The notes under the pieces were generated by a model. It saw nothing but the letters and a program-made list of their open reading frames with translations. It did no database searches and was not told where the DNA came from. Both the position numbers and the translations under genes were made by a program. A stretch of 64,000 nucleotides of DNA from an uncultured Ignavibacteriaceae bacterium (GTDB lineage Bacteria > Bacteroidota > Ignavibacteria > Tepidaquicellales > Tepidaquicellaceae): positions 27,599 through 91,598 of the forward strand of contig CAZVCC010000004.1 in assembly GCA_964626015.1 (NCBI GenBank), written 5' to 3'. Below are positions 19,999 to 28,814 of the stretch, piece by piece (position 1 is the first letter of the stretch; each line of letters begins with the position of its first letter).

Positions 19999-21555
19999 AT
20001 GCTTAACAATAATAACAGTAGTAATAATAATGTAAGCTCAGAACAAAAGTATTATCTTAACTATGCATTAACTACTGCCGCTATCATCGCCCTCGTTTCC
20101 CAGATTTTGTCATATTACTTTGATTATAATTTCGCCTACCGTGATTCTATCTATCGGCTCGAAGCAGCACGTAGATTTTTCGACGCATACAATCCGGGCT
20201 TGATAAATCAGATAGGTACTGTCTGGCTTCCTGTTCCTAATCTACTTCTTATGCCATTAGCTTATGTGGATTTTCTCTGGCAGACAGGTCTTGCAGCAGC
20301 AATCATGAACTTCCCTTTGTTTGTTGTCAGTGCTGTTGTTGTATTTCTATCCGTAAAAAATCTGACTGGAAATGTCATTGCAACATGGTTTGGATTTCTC
20401 GTTTATGTCCTGAATTATAATATACTCTATTTCCAGACAACTTCTATGACCGAGCAGCTTTACCTTACTCTAACAGTTTGCAGTTTCTATTTTCTACTTC
20501 TCTGGGCAGACGGGAAAAAACTTAAACATCTTTTATGGTCGTCGTTTTTTATTTCTCTCGGCGTCGGTTCAAGGTATGACGCATGGCCTGTGGCAATAGT
20601 TTCTATCATGATTGTTTTTATAATTTCCGTTTTAGATAAAGATAAACCGATAAAGAATTCTTTTATTTACGGATTCGTACCTGTACTTTTAATAATTGTT
20701 TGGTTCTGGTATAATTGGCTATTCTACGGTGATGCACTTGAGTTTTCACGCGGAAGATTTTCAACACTTTATCAGCTCCAGTATTATGAAGCTGCGGGAA
20801 GACTCCTTACAAAGAATAATTTTATTCTATCCGCAAAAGTTTATATAAGCTCTGTGTTATTATATTCGGGAAATCTCTACGCCGTTCTTTCTGTCATTGC
20901 TTTGATTGTCTATGCTTTCCGAAATAAGATGAACACTAAATCAATTCCTGCCTATGTTCTCTGGGTTGCCCTGCCGGTCAGCCTTATTTTAATGTTCAAA
21001 GGTCAGGTAATAATTGAACTCCCGAATTCAGAACCTCCGGGATACTTTAACAGCAGATATGGTTTATACATGTTTCCTGCTATTGCAATATTCTCAGGTA
21101 TTTTTGCTTTATACATTCAGAAGTATATTAAAAAGAAAATTCTCATAAGCTTGCTCGCAATTGGTCTTCTTGCTCAGCAGCTAACATTTTTATACAATTT
21201 CCCTTACAGCATACCTTCTCTTGCTGAAGCAAAATATTCATACAGTAAAGCAAGCGAAGACCTTTCATTGTTTCTGAAAGAAAACTATAAAGGCGGTAAT
21301 ATTCTCTACGATAATGTAGTGTTTGCAATTCACCCGTGGACGGGTATTAACCTAAAAGACAGAATTACTTTTCACACTTTTGAAATAGGCGAAAAAGCAA
21401 TGAAAGAACCGAGCAAATATGTAAACTGGGTTATGTTCTATAAAGAGGCACCTAACGACCATATCCACGAAGCAGTCAAAAATAATCCCGATTTCATTGA
21501 CAATTTTATACTTCGCTTTTCAACAAACGGAATTGAAGTTTACTCAAAAAAGTAA
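19999..21555 (+). CDS. Polytopic membrane protein, possibly a GT-C fold (ArnT/PMT-like) glycosyltransferase
   Basis: At least 11 hydrophobic segments and no soluble catalytic domain. The start lies 1 nt after the upstream stop. The family assignment is tentative. Confidence 0.5.
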   Translation: MLNNNNSSNNNVSSEQKYYLNYALTTAAIIALVSQILSYYFDYNFAYRDSIYRLEAARRFFDAYNPGLINQIGTVWLPVPNLLLMPLAYVDFLWQTGLAAAIMNFPLFVVSAVVVFLSVKNLTGNVIATWFGFLVYVLNYNILYFQTTSMTEQLYLTLTVCSFYFLLLWADGKKLKHLLWSSFFISLGVGSRYDAWPVAIVSIMIVFIISVLDKDKPIKNSFIYGFVPVLLIIVWFWYNWLFYGDALEFSRGRFSTLYQLQYYEAAGRLLTKNNFILSAKVYISSVLLYSGNLYAVLSVIALIVYAFRNKMNTKSIPAYVLWVALPVSLILMFKGQVIIELPNSEPPGYFNSRYGLYMFPAIAIFSGIFALYIQKYIKKKILISLLAIGLLAQQLTFLYNFPYSIPSLAEAKYSYSKASEDLSLFLKENYKGGNILYDNVVFAIHPWTGINLKDRITFHTFEIGEKAMKEPSKYVNWVMFYKEAPNDHIHEAVKNNPDFIDNFILRFSTNGIEVYSKK

Positions 21556-21574
21556 CCTAATAATCGGTTTTTCC

Positions 21575-21603
21575 TTGACATTTCAAAATTCAATAACTAT
21601 ATT
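21575..21603 (+). promoter_or_regulatory. Near-consensus sigma70-type promoter with no ORF behind it
   Basis: TTGACA, then 17 nt, then TATATT. The next annotated feature is tRNA-Pro about 270 nt downstream. Confidence 0.4.
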
Positions 21604-21669
21604 GTAATTATATGAGAAATACTTCGTTAGTTAAAGTATTTTAGCACTATCTCATCTAAAGCGCAATTA

Positions 21670-21691
21670 ATTTACTGTAATAACAGTAAAT
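21670..21691. promoter_or_regulatory. 22-bp perfect palindrome, either an operator-like site or an RNA hairpin
   Basis: ATTTACTGT-AATA-ACAGTAAAT, with 9-nt arms. Confidence 0.35.
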
Positions 21692-21730
21692 CCTCACAAA
21701 ACACAATAATATTACAATAATTCTGCGATA

Positions 21731-21807
21731 ATAGTACGTTTATAGTACGGTGCTCTCCCGTATTTCTCCCGTATCTAGCCCGTATCCAGCCCGTATCTTG
21801 TCCGTCA
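21731..21807. repeat. Seven contiguous 11-bp tandem units upstream of tRNA-Pro
   Basis: The units are atagtacgttt, atagtacggtg, ctctcccgtat, ttctcccgtat, ctagcccgtat, ccagcccgtat and cttgtccgtca. CG falls at positions 7-8 of every unit, and the core CCCGTAT occurs in four. Confidence 0.85.
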
Positions 21808-21879
21808 TTTAGCACTAATTTATTAGCTTTCTCACTTTTGAATTGAATGTATTAACATCTTTTTATATTTTATAATCTT

Positions 21880-21953
21880 CGGGGTGTAGATCAGTTGGCT
21901 AGATCGCTTGAATGGGGTTCAAGAGGCCGGCAGTTCGAGTCTGCCCATCCCGA
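21880..21953 (+). tRNA. tRNA-Pro (anticodon GGG), with no encoded CCA
   Basis: A hand-folded cloverleaf: acceptor CGGGGTG/CATCCCG, D arm GATC-AGTTGGCTA-GATC, anticodon arm CTTGA-ATGGGGT-TCAAG (G37), variable loop AGGCC, T arm GGCAG-TTCGAGT-CTGCC and discriminator A. Confidence 0.88.
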
Positions 21954-21993
21954 CATTATCTTCACGTCTAATCGTCCTGATGGAATCGGTAAG

Positions 21994-22020
21994 GTTCGAG
22001 TCTGCCCATCCCGACATTAT
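21994..22020 (+). repeat. 27-nt perfect direct copy of the tRNA-Pro 3' end plus 6 nt of flank (att-like)
   Basis: gttcgagtctgcccatcccgacattat occurs at 21933-21959 and again at 21994-22020. The second copy has no 5' tRNA half. Confidence 0.85.
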
Positions 22021-22135
22021 TCATATATATGCCATTTCATACTTTCTCAATGTTATTTAATTGCTTTTTTACTCATTATAATATATTATTGCATAATTAT
22101 TTTCTAATTCAAATTTTTATAGAAAGGGTTACATA

Positions 22136-24118
22136 ATGTTTCAAAAAAGACTATTCTTACTTTCCTGTTTGTTTATCGTTATCGGTCTAACATTTACAGA
22201 TTTTTCGTATTCTCAGAAAGTAATTGATCCTAATAAAGACTATCCTGTCTACATTAGACCTGAACTTCCTCCAAGTATGTATATGCCTGGTGCCGTTATA
22301 ACTATTGATGATTATGACAATTGGCATATAGGTACCGATTTTGCTGAAGTCGGAATGGCAGGGAACCCAATTGTCCCAACTAACTTTGCTGCTGCTTGGA
22401 ACAATCTTGGTTCTACTATCGGTGCGTATTCATATTATACTTTAAATGGTATTGATTGGCTTGCATCAACTCAACCGACATGGAGTGCTATCGTTCGTGG
22501 AGATCCAGTAATGGCATTTGATGGTCTGGGAAATCTATATTTCGACAATATGTATGGCTCATCTATCACTGGTACAAAAGTAGCTAAATCTACTAACGGT
22601 GGTGTCAATTACTCATTTGTAGTTACTGGTGGTACTGGCAACGATAAAAACTGGATTGCTGCTGTGCAGACTGGTGGTCCTTATGCAAATTATATTTATC
22701 AGGTTATGACTCCGGGGAATATTAAAAGAAGTACTGACCTTGGTGCTACTTTTACTCAGGTAGGTTCTTTCTCAAATACTTTACCGGGTATGATGGTATG
22801 CGTCGGACCAAACGGCTCAACAAATGGTGGTGCTGTTTATGTAGTTACCCACACGGGTACTTCAACAGCAGGTACATACAACTTCTATTGCTCTACAAAT
22901 GGTGGAACTACATGGGTTTTAAAAAGTACTCAGAATTTCGCAGGTTATGTAGGTACTTTTGTAAGCTCGAGACATTCAGTTCAGAATATGAGAACCAGAC
23001 CTTATCCATTTATCATAGCTGATAATAGTAACGGAACTTTCAGAGGAAGACTATATTTGGTCTATACCAAAAATAATCCGAATTCAAGCGGACAAAAACC
23101 AAATATTTATTTGAGATATTCAGATAATCAGGGTGCGAATTGGTCAGACTCTGTAAGGGTAAATGATGATGCTAATACTCAAAATCATCATCAGTGGTTC
23201 CCCGCTTCTTGGTGTGATATTAATACAGGACATCTCTACATTAAGTGGCTGGATACTCGAGATTGTCCTACAAGTGATAGCTGCATGGTTTACGGTACTA
23301 TTTCAACTGACGGCGGTGCTACTTTCGCTCCTAATCAGAAAATTTCGAATAAGAAATTTAGAATTAATTGTACCTCCTGTAACGGCGGAACCCCGGCTTA
23401 TCTTGGAGATTATGACTACCTAGCGTCAAACGGTAAAGTTTCAATGGTAGCTTGGACAGATTTCAGAAATAATACTTTTGGTAACTACGTTGGCTATTTC
23501 CCTGATTTTGCTATGAGAATGAACCCGACTGATGGAACTATTAATAATCCGAATGGATTTGCTGATTTCAAAATGGTTGTACCATCCGTGAAACTATATT
23601 CTGATACCGTTTTAGTGTCAGGTGAAGTTACACCAACACCAGCAATTGGTTCATTTGCAGTCTCTTTCCCGAACGGAAACAAACTTACTTCGTATCCTGA
23701 TTCATTAACTGTTAGGGTAACGGTAAACAATGTGACCCCCGGTGCTTATGTCCTGAATGTTCTTGCTAAAGGACCAAACGGAACACCGGTTCACAAAAGA
23801 ACGGTTTCAATTACAGTTAGCGGTGCGACGTCAATAACAAGCAATGAAACACCATTAACTTTTAAACTCGAGCAGAACTATCCGAATCCGTTCAACCCTG
23901 TTACAAGAATTAACTATTCTATTGCAAAAGCATCCGATGTTAAAATAACAGTATTCAACACAATCGGTAAACAGGTAGCCTCATTCCTGAATGAAAAACA
24001 GGATCCGGGAAATCATTTCGTAATTTTTAATGCAAACTCACTGTCAACCGGTGTTTATTATTACAAAATTGAAGCAGGCAACTTTACTGATGTTAAAAAA
24101 ATGATTTTATTAAAATAA
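22136..24118 (+). CDS. BNR/Asp-box (sialidase-like propeller) secreted protein with a T9SS CTD, paralog 1
   Basis: Signal peptide. Asp-box-like KSTNGGVNY, STDLGATF, STNGGTTW, SDNQGANWSD and STDGGATF. The CTD is LEQNYPNPFNPVTRINYSI...GVYYYKI. Confidence 0.85.
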   Translation: MFQKRLFLLSCLFIVIGLTFTDFSYSQKVIDPNKDYPVYIRPELPPSMYMPGAVITIDDYDNWHIGTDFAEVGMAGNPIVPTNFAAAWNNLGSTIGAYSYYTLNGIDWLASTQPTWSAIVRGDPVMAFDGLGNLYFDNMYGSSITGTKVAKSTNGGVNYSFVVTGGTGNDKNWIAAVQTGGPYANYIYQVMTPGNIKRSTDLGATFTQVGSFSNTLPGMMVCVGPNGSTNGGAVYVVTHTGTSTAGTYNFYCSTNGGTTWVLKSTQNFAGYVGTFVSSRHSVQNMRTRPYPFIIADNSNGTFRGRLYLVYTKNNPNSSGQKPNIYLRYSDNQGANWSDSVRVNDDANTQNHHQWFPASWCDINTGHLYIKWLDTRDCPTSDSCMVYGTISTDGGATFAPNQKISNKKFRINCTSCNGGTPAYLGDYDYLASNGKVSMVAWTDFRNNTFGNYVGYFPDFAMRMNPTDGTINNPNGFADFKMVVPSVKLYSDTVLVSGEVTPTPAIGSFAVSFPNGNKLTSYPDSLTVRVTVNNVTPGAYVLNVLAKGPNGTPVHKRTVSITVSGATSITSNETPLTFKLEQNYPNPFNPVTRINYSIAKASDVKITVFNTIGKQVASFLNEKQDPGNHFVIFNANSLSTGVYYYKIEAGNFTDVKKMILLK

Positions 24119-24141
24119 AAACATTGTTATAATTAAACAAA

Positions 24142-24173
24142 AGGGGATATCAACCGATATCTCCTTTTATTTT
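24142..24173 (+). terminator. Rho-independent terminator
   Basis: aggggatatc aacc gatatctcct followed by tttatttt. Confidence 0.75.
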
Positions 24174-24286
24174 TAATCAGCAGGCAGATCTCAAAAACTA
24201 ATTTTCTTCATTAATTTTTTGCGTTATCATTTCAATATTAACTGAGAATTAATATATTCCACGTTTATAAATAATTTTATCTCTAA

Positions 24287-26257
24287 ATGAAAAAAGTTGC
24301 TTCATTATTTCAGGTTATCCTGATTTCAATCTTGATTATCTTTGTGTATGCTGGTATCACAATCTCACAAATGGATGATCCTAATAAAGACGGAATGCCG
24401 GAAAGCTTCCGTAAAAATTTACCTCCGGTATTCTATTCACCAATGGCTGTGGTTACAATAGGTGATTTTGATAATTTTGATATGGGAGTTGATTTTGCCG
24501 AAGGACATATCTCAACAAATCCCAATAATCCTCTGCAGTTTTTCAATGCATGGAACATTAACGGTACTCACTACACAAATGATGGTGGTCTTACTTGGTT
24601 TACTAGCAATCCTTCATTCCCAAATGCTGCTGGCGATCCTGTTACGGCTTATGACAGTCTGGGGAATCTTTATTACGAGACTATGAAAAGCCCTATTACT
24701 GCATGTTGGGTTGCCAAATCGACAAATAATGGTCAAAATTGGTTGTTCACTAATTCATCTGCAACTACAGGTAACGATAAAAACTGGATTTGTGCAGACC
24801 AGACCTCAGGTCCATATTCAAACTATATTTATACTATAATGACGAATTCTGGCTCAGCTCAGGTTGCTAGGAGTACTAATTTTGGTGTAAATTTCACTAA
24901 CACTCAAGCTCTTACTCCTCATGCATTACCGGGCGCAATGGTCTGTGTAGGCGCATACGGACAAATATCCGGTGGAGCTGTTTATGCCGTTACTCACTCA
25001 GGTACTAACGCTGCTGGTATTTATACTTTCTTTCGCTCAACTAATGGAGGTCTGAATTTTACGTCTGTGTCATCCAAACAATGGTCTAACGTTATCGGGA
25101 CTGCAGTTTCCGGTCGTTCCACTGTTAGCAGTATGCGTACAAGACCATATCCAATGATTGCTGCGGATAATAGCTGGGGTACATACAGAGGAAGACTTTA
25201 TTGTGTTTATGCCGCAAACAGACCTGTAGGCTCAGGTAATAAGTCTGATGTATTTTTAAGATATTCAACAGATTATGGAGTTTCCTGGTCTGACAGTGTC
25301 ACCATTAATGATGATGCAAATACTGGACTTTATAATCAGTATCATCCTGCAATATGGTGCGACAAAGAAACAGGGAAGTTATATGCTATGTGGTACGATT
25401 GCAGAGACACACCGGGTAATGACTCCATTAATGTCTATGCATCATATTCAACAAATGGAGGTGTTTCTTTTGCACCAAACCAGAAAATAACAAACAAAAA
25501 GTTTAAAATAAGATATGCAAATCAAACTGCTCCCGCTTATCAGGGGGATTATAATTCAGTAGTCTCGAATAACAAGGCAGCAATGATTATTTGGGCAGAT
25601 TTCAGAAATAATAATTACGGAAGTTATGCTTCCTATTTACCTGACTTTGCTATGCGTATGAATCCTACTTCAGGGACAATAAATAATCCTAACGGTTTTG
25701 CAGATTTTAGAATGGTAGTACCCGATGTGAAACTATACACAGATACTGTGCTTGTAACACATGAAATTACTCCAACACCGGCATCAGGTTCTTTTGCAGT
25801 TACTTATCCTGGTGGGAATAAACTTACTTCGTATCCCGATTCATTAAATGTAAGAGTATCCGTAAATAATGTTACTCCGGGAGCCTATGTGTTAAAAGTT
25901 ACTGCAAGAGGTCCTAATGGAACACCTGTCCATCAGAGATCAGTTTCTATAACAGTAAGTGGTCCGACTTCAATAACCGGCAGCGAAACTCCAGTATCAT
26001 TCAAGCTCGAACAAAACTATCCGAATCCTTTTAATCCTGTAACAAGGATTAACTATTCAATAGCAAAAGTTTCAGATGTTAAGATAACAGTATTTAATAC
26101 GCTCGGTAAACAGGTAGCCTCATTCCTGAATGAAAAACAGGATCCTGGCAGTCACTTCGTATTGTTCAATGCAAACTCACTCTCTACGGGAGTTTATTAT
26201 TATAAGATTGAAGCAGGTAGTTTCTCTGATGTGAAGAAAATGATTCTGATGAAATGA
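24287..26257 (+). CDS. BNR/Asp-box secreted protein with a T9SS CTD, paralog 2
   Basis: Collinear with 22136-24118 over its full length, with the same Asp boxes and CTD. Confidence 0.85.
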   Translation: MKKVASLFQVILISILIIFVYAGITISQMDDPNKDGMPESFRKNLPPVFYSPMAVVTIGDFDNFDMGVDFAEGHISTNPNNPLQFFNAWNINGTHYTNDGGLTWFTSNPSFPNAAGDPVTAYDSLGNLYYETMKSPITACWVAKSTNNGQNWLFTNSSATTGNDKNWICADQTSGPYSNYIYTIMTNSGSAQVARSTNFGVNFTNTQALTPHALPGAMVCVGAYGQISGGAVYAVTHSGTNAAGIYTFFRSTNGGLNFTSVSSKQWSNVIGTAVSGRSTVSSMRTRPYPMIAADNSWGTYRGRLYCVYAANRPVGSGNKSDVFLRYSTDYGVSWSDSVTINDDANTGLYNQYHPAIWCDKETGKLYAMWYDCRDTPGNDSINVYASYSTNGGVSFAPNQKITNKKFKIRYANQTAPAYQGDYNSVVSNNKAAMIIWADFRNNNYGSYASYLPDFAMRMNPTSGTINNPNGFADFRMVVPDVKLYTDTVLVTHEITPTPASGSFAVTYPGGNKLTSYPDSLNVRVSVNNVTPGAYVLKVTARGPNGTPVHQRSVSITVSGPTSITGSETPVSFKLEQNYPNPFNPVTRINYSIAKVSDVKITVFNTLGKQVASFLNEKQDPGSHFVLFNANSLSTGVYYYKIEAGSFSDVKKMILMK

Positions 26258-26280
26258 GTACATAAAAATAACAATAAAAT

Positions 26281-26308
26281 GGGGATATCAATCGATATCC
26301 CTTTTTTA
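26281..26308. terminator. Terminator hairpin shared by convergent genes
   Basis: gggatatc aatc gatatccc followed by tttttt. It is a close variant of the hairpin at 24142. Confidence 0.7.
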
Positions 26309-26941
26309 TTTAGCTTTTAAAAATTCTCTTTGCTTGTCAGTCAATATATCTTCTGCGGTTTCTATTATAACTGGGATACTTTCTTCCAAAGGATTGCAAT
26401 AATTTATTGCTGCGTTTTCATCTGAATTTAGAAATTCAAATCCCTCATCTTTGCTAAGAACAACAGGCATCCTGTTGTGAATTTTCACAATTTTGGAATT
26501 CGGAGTAGTTGTTATCATCGAAGCAAAAACTCTATCGTCAAAAGTAACATATATACCTGCTAAGAAAAACAGCGGCAAGCTTTCAAATGAAATCTTCTGA
26601 GGAATTTTCAACTTACCGAAACTTTGCCATTCATAAAATGCAGTTGCCGGAATTATGCACCTGTTATTCTTGAATAGCTTTTTCCAATAAGGTTTTTCAG
26701 AAATAGTTTCTATCCGTGAGTTGAATATAAGCGGTGTTTTATCACCCGGAAACTTTATTCCCCACGTAAAACACTTAAGCTCGTATTGCTTGTCATTTTT
26801 CTGAATAACAAGAATATCATCGCTTGGTGCAATGCTAATCTGTTTTATATTCTTCGGAGCAAGATTCAACATCAGGAAGTCTTTTTCAAACTTCTTAAAA
26901 ATCGATTCTCCCGTTTCCTTATTCTCAAATCTCGAACACAT
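26306..26941 (-). CDS. SOS response-associated peptidase (SRAP/YedK family)
   Basis: N-terminal MCSRF (Cys2), NSRIET, TAFYEW and HNRMPVVL. Confidence 0.85.
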   Translation of the reverse strand: MCSRFENKETGESIFKKFEKDFLMLNLAPKNIKQISIAPSDDILVIQKNDKQYELKCFTWGIKFPGDKTPLIFNSRIETISEKPYWKKLFKNNRCIIPATAFYEWQSFGKLKIPQKISFESLPLFFLAGIYVTFDDRVFASMITTTPNSKIVKIHNRMPVVLSKDEGFEFLNSDENAAINYCNPLEESIPVIIETAEDILTDKQREFLKAK

Positions 26942-27098
26942 ATTTTATTTTTAATAAAGTTATACATTTTGGATTAATATTACAATATTTAGTTTCGGAT
27001 AATTCTTTCAATAGAATAGAGGTTTTAATTTACGTATATTTGCTCTTTTCATGCTATTTCTAACGAGATAAAAGATAGCTATTAAATAATAAATCATA

Positions 27099-28814
27099 AT
27101 GAGATTTTCAAAGTTTTTCATACCGACTCAAAAAGAAGATCCGGCTGATGCAATGGTTGCTTCGCATAAACTTTCAATAAGGGCAGGACTTTTTCGTTTG
27201 CTTACTTCAGGAGTCTATTCTGTACTGCCGCTTGGACTCATCGTAAAGAACAAGGTTGAGAAAATAATACGTGAAGAAATGAATGAGATTGGAGGAAACG
27301 AATTCCTTCTACCTGCACTTTCACCTAATGAACTATGGAACGAGACTGGAAGGCTCGATGATTTCGGGGATATAATATTCAGGATAAAGAACAGGGATCT
27401 TGTTCTTGCCCCAACACATGAAGAAGTGTTTACTTCGATATCACGAAATTATATAACTTCTTACAAGCAGCTCCCGCAGATGTGGTACCAGATTCAGACT
27501 AAATTCAGAAATGAATCTCGTCCAAAGTCAGGAGTGCTAAGAGGCAGGCAGTTTACTATGAAGGATGCCTATTCTTTCGACGCTACCTGGGAAGGACTTG
27601 ATGCATCTTACGATCTGCAGGATAAAGCATACAGGAATATTTTCACGAGATGCGGACTAAAGTTCTTTGCGGTTTCAGCATCAAGCGGTGCGATGGGTGG
27701 AACTAAGTCTGAAGAGTTTATGGTAGAATCTGATGCAGGAGAGGATATCGTAGTTGTAAGTGAAGACGGAAAGTACTCATCAAACCTTGAAGTAGCCGTC
27801 TCGTATGTTGATACTGTTTTAAGAAAAAACACAAACCTCTCTTTCGAAGAATTCCATACACCAGACATTAAATCAATCGAAGAACTTGCGGGATTTCTTA
27901 ATATTACTGATAAGTCACGTTTAGCTAAGTCGAGAGTCTTTGTTATACCGGCAAAGTCAGAAACTGAAAAAGATAAATATCTCCTTGCACTTGTGTGCGG
28001 TGATGATGAAGTAAATGAAACAAAGCTGCTGTCCTTGTACGGTGCAAATCTTAGACCCGGACATCCAGAAGAACTGATGGAAATAACAGGAGCGGACGCG
28101 GGTTCAATCGGTCCGATAGGGTTAAAAGGAAAAATGGAAATAGTCGCTGACCTTAGGCTGCAGGATGCTGATGAACTCGTAAGCGGTGCTAACAAGAATG
28201 ATTATCACATAAAGAATATTGACCTGAAGCGTGATGTTGAGGGAATAAAATATCATGATTTACGTACAGTGAAAGAAGGCGAACTAAGTATTGACAAGTC
28301 AAGCAAGCTACGCGTTACAAAAGCTATAGAGGTCGGGCATATTTTTAAACTTGGTACAAAGTATTCAGAATCACTTGGAGCAAAATTTCTGGATAAGGAT
28401 GGAAAAGAAAATCCGATTATTATGGGAAGCTACGGAATCGGAGTTGAGAGAATAATAGCTTCTCACATAGAGCAGAACCATGATGAATACGGTATTGTAT
28501 GGAACGGTGAGATTGCACCTTTTAAAGTAATACTTATTAATATTACTACACAAAGCAAAGAAATTACAGACTATTGTGACTCCTTATACAAAGAACTAAT
28601 TGAGAAAAATGTTGAAGTTCTTTATGACGATAGGGATGATCTGAGACCTGGATTTAAGTTTAAAGATGCAGACCTGATTGGTATTCCTTATCATATTATA
28701 GTTGGTGAAAAGAATTTTAAAAATGGGAATATAGAATTTAAAGTGAGAAAAACCGGTGAAAGATGTATCATTGCAAAAGATGACTTAATAACAAAACTCA
28801 ATGCTTTTATTTAA
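27099..28814 (+). CDS. proS: Prolyl-tRNA synthetase, bacterial type with an insertion/editing domain
   Basis: MRFSKFFIPTQKE N-terminus, class II motifs (FRNESRPKSGVLRGRQFTMKDAYSF and GSYGIGVERI) and a C-terminal anticodon-binding domain. Confidence 0.95.
   Translation: MRFSKFFIPTQKEDPADAMVASHKLSIRAGLFRLLTSGVYSVLPLGLIVKNKVEKIIREEMNEIGGNEFLLPALSPNELWNETGRLDDFGDIIFRIKNRDLVLAPTHEEVFTSISRNYITSYKQLPQMWYQIQTKFRNESRPKSGVLRGRQFTMKDAYSFDATWEGLDASYDLQDKAYRNIFTRCGLKFFAVSASSGAMGGTKSEEFMVESDAGEDIVVVSEDGKYSSNLEVAVSYVDTVLRKNTNLSFEEFHTPDIKSIEELAGFLNITDKSRLAKSRVFVIPAKSETEKDKYLLALVCGDDEVNETKLLSLYGANLRPGHPEELMEITGADAGSIGPIGLKGKMEIVADLRLQDADELVSGANKNDYHIKNIDLKRDVEGIKYHDLRTVKEGELSIDKSSKLRVTKAIEVGHIFKLGTKYSESLGAKFLDKDGKENPIIMGSYGIGVERIIASHIEQNHDEYGIVWNGEIAPFKVILINITTQSKEITDYCDSLYKELIEKNVEVLYDDRDDLRPGFKFKDADLIGIPYHIIVGEKNFKNGNIEFKVRKTGERCIIAKDDLITKLNAFI

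Noticed and set aside
21670-21691. Reading the palindrome TACTGT-N4-ACAGTA as a LexA/SOS box, prompted by the SRAP gene 4.6 kb away
   Set aside because: The E. coli-type SOS box is CTGT-N8-ACAG. Here the spacer is 4 nt, the site is not in front of a DNA-repair gene, and no lexA is in the window. It is kept only as a generic palindrome.
21731-21807. Whether the short tandem arrays here and at 56156-56199 could be CRISPR-like
   Set aside because: The units are 11 bp and directly abutting with no spacers, and there are no cas genes. They are reported as tandem repeats instead.
21895-22107. 70-aa ORF listed on the + strand
   Set aside because: It starts inside tRNA-Pro and runs through the duplicated tRNA 3' end and an AT-rich spacer. 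This is a translation artefact of RNA-coding and non-coding sequence.
27608-28195. 195-aa ORF antisense to proS. Similar antisense ORFs lie at 8023-8424 in guaB, 57477-57854 and 57147-57473 in atpB, and 55668-55988 in the carboxyltransferase gene.
   Set aside because: Each lies entirely inside a confidently identified gene on the opposite strand. Their compositions are low-complexity and Ser/Ile-rich, as expected for antisense frames. No motifs were seen.
21880-28814. tRNA-Pro and prolyl-tRNA synthetase lying within 5 kb of each other, as a possible functional linkage
   Set aside because: Unrelated genes and terminators separate them, and the intervening SRAP gene is on the opposite strand. 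There is no leader or T-box-like structure upstream of proS. Coincidence is the most likely explanation.
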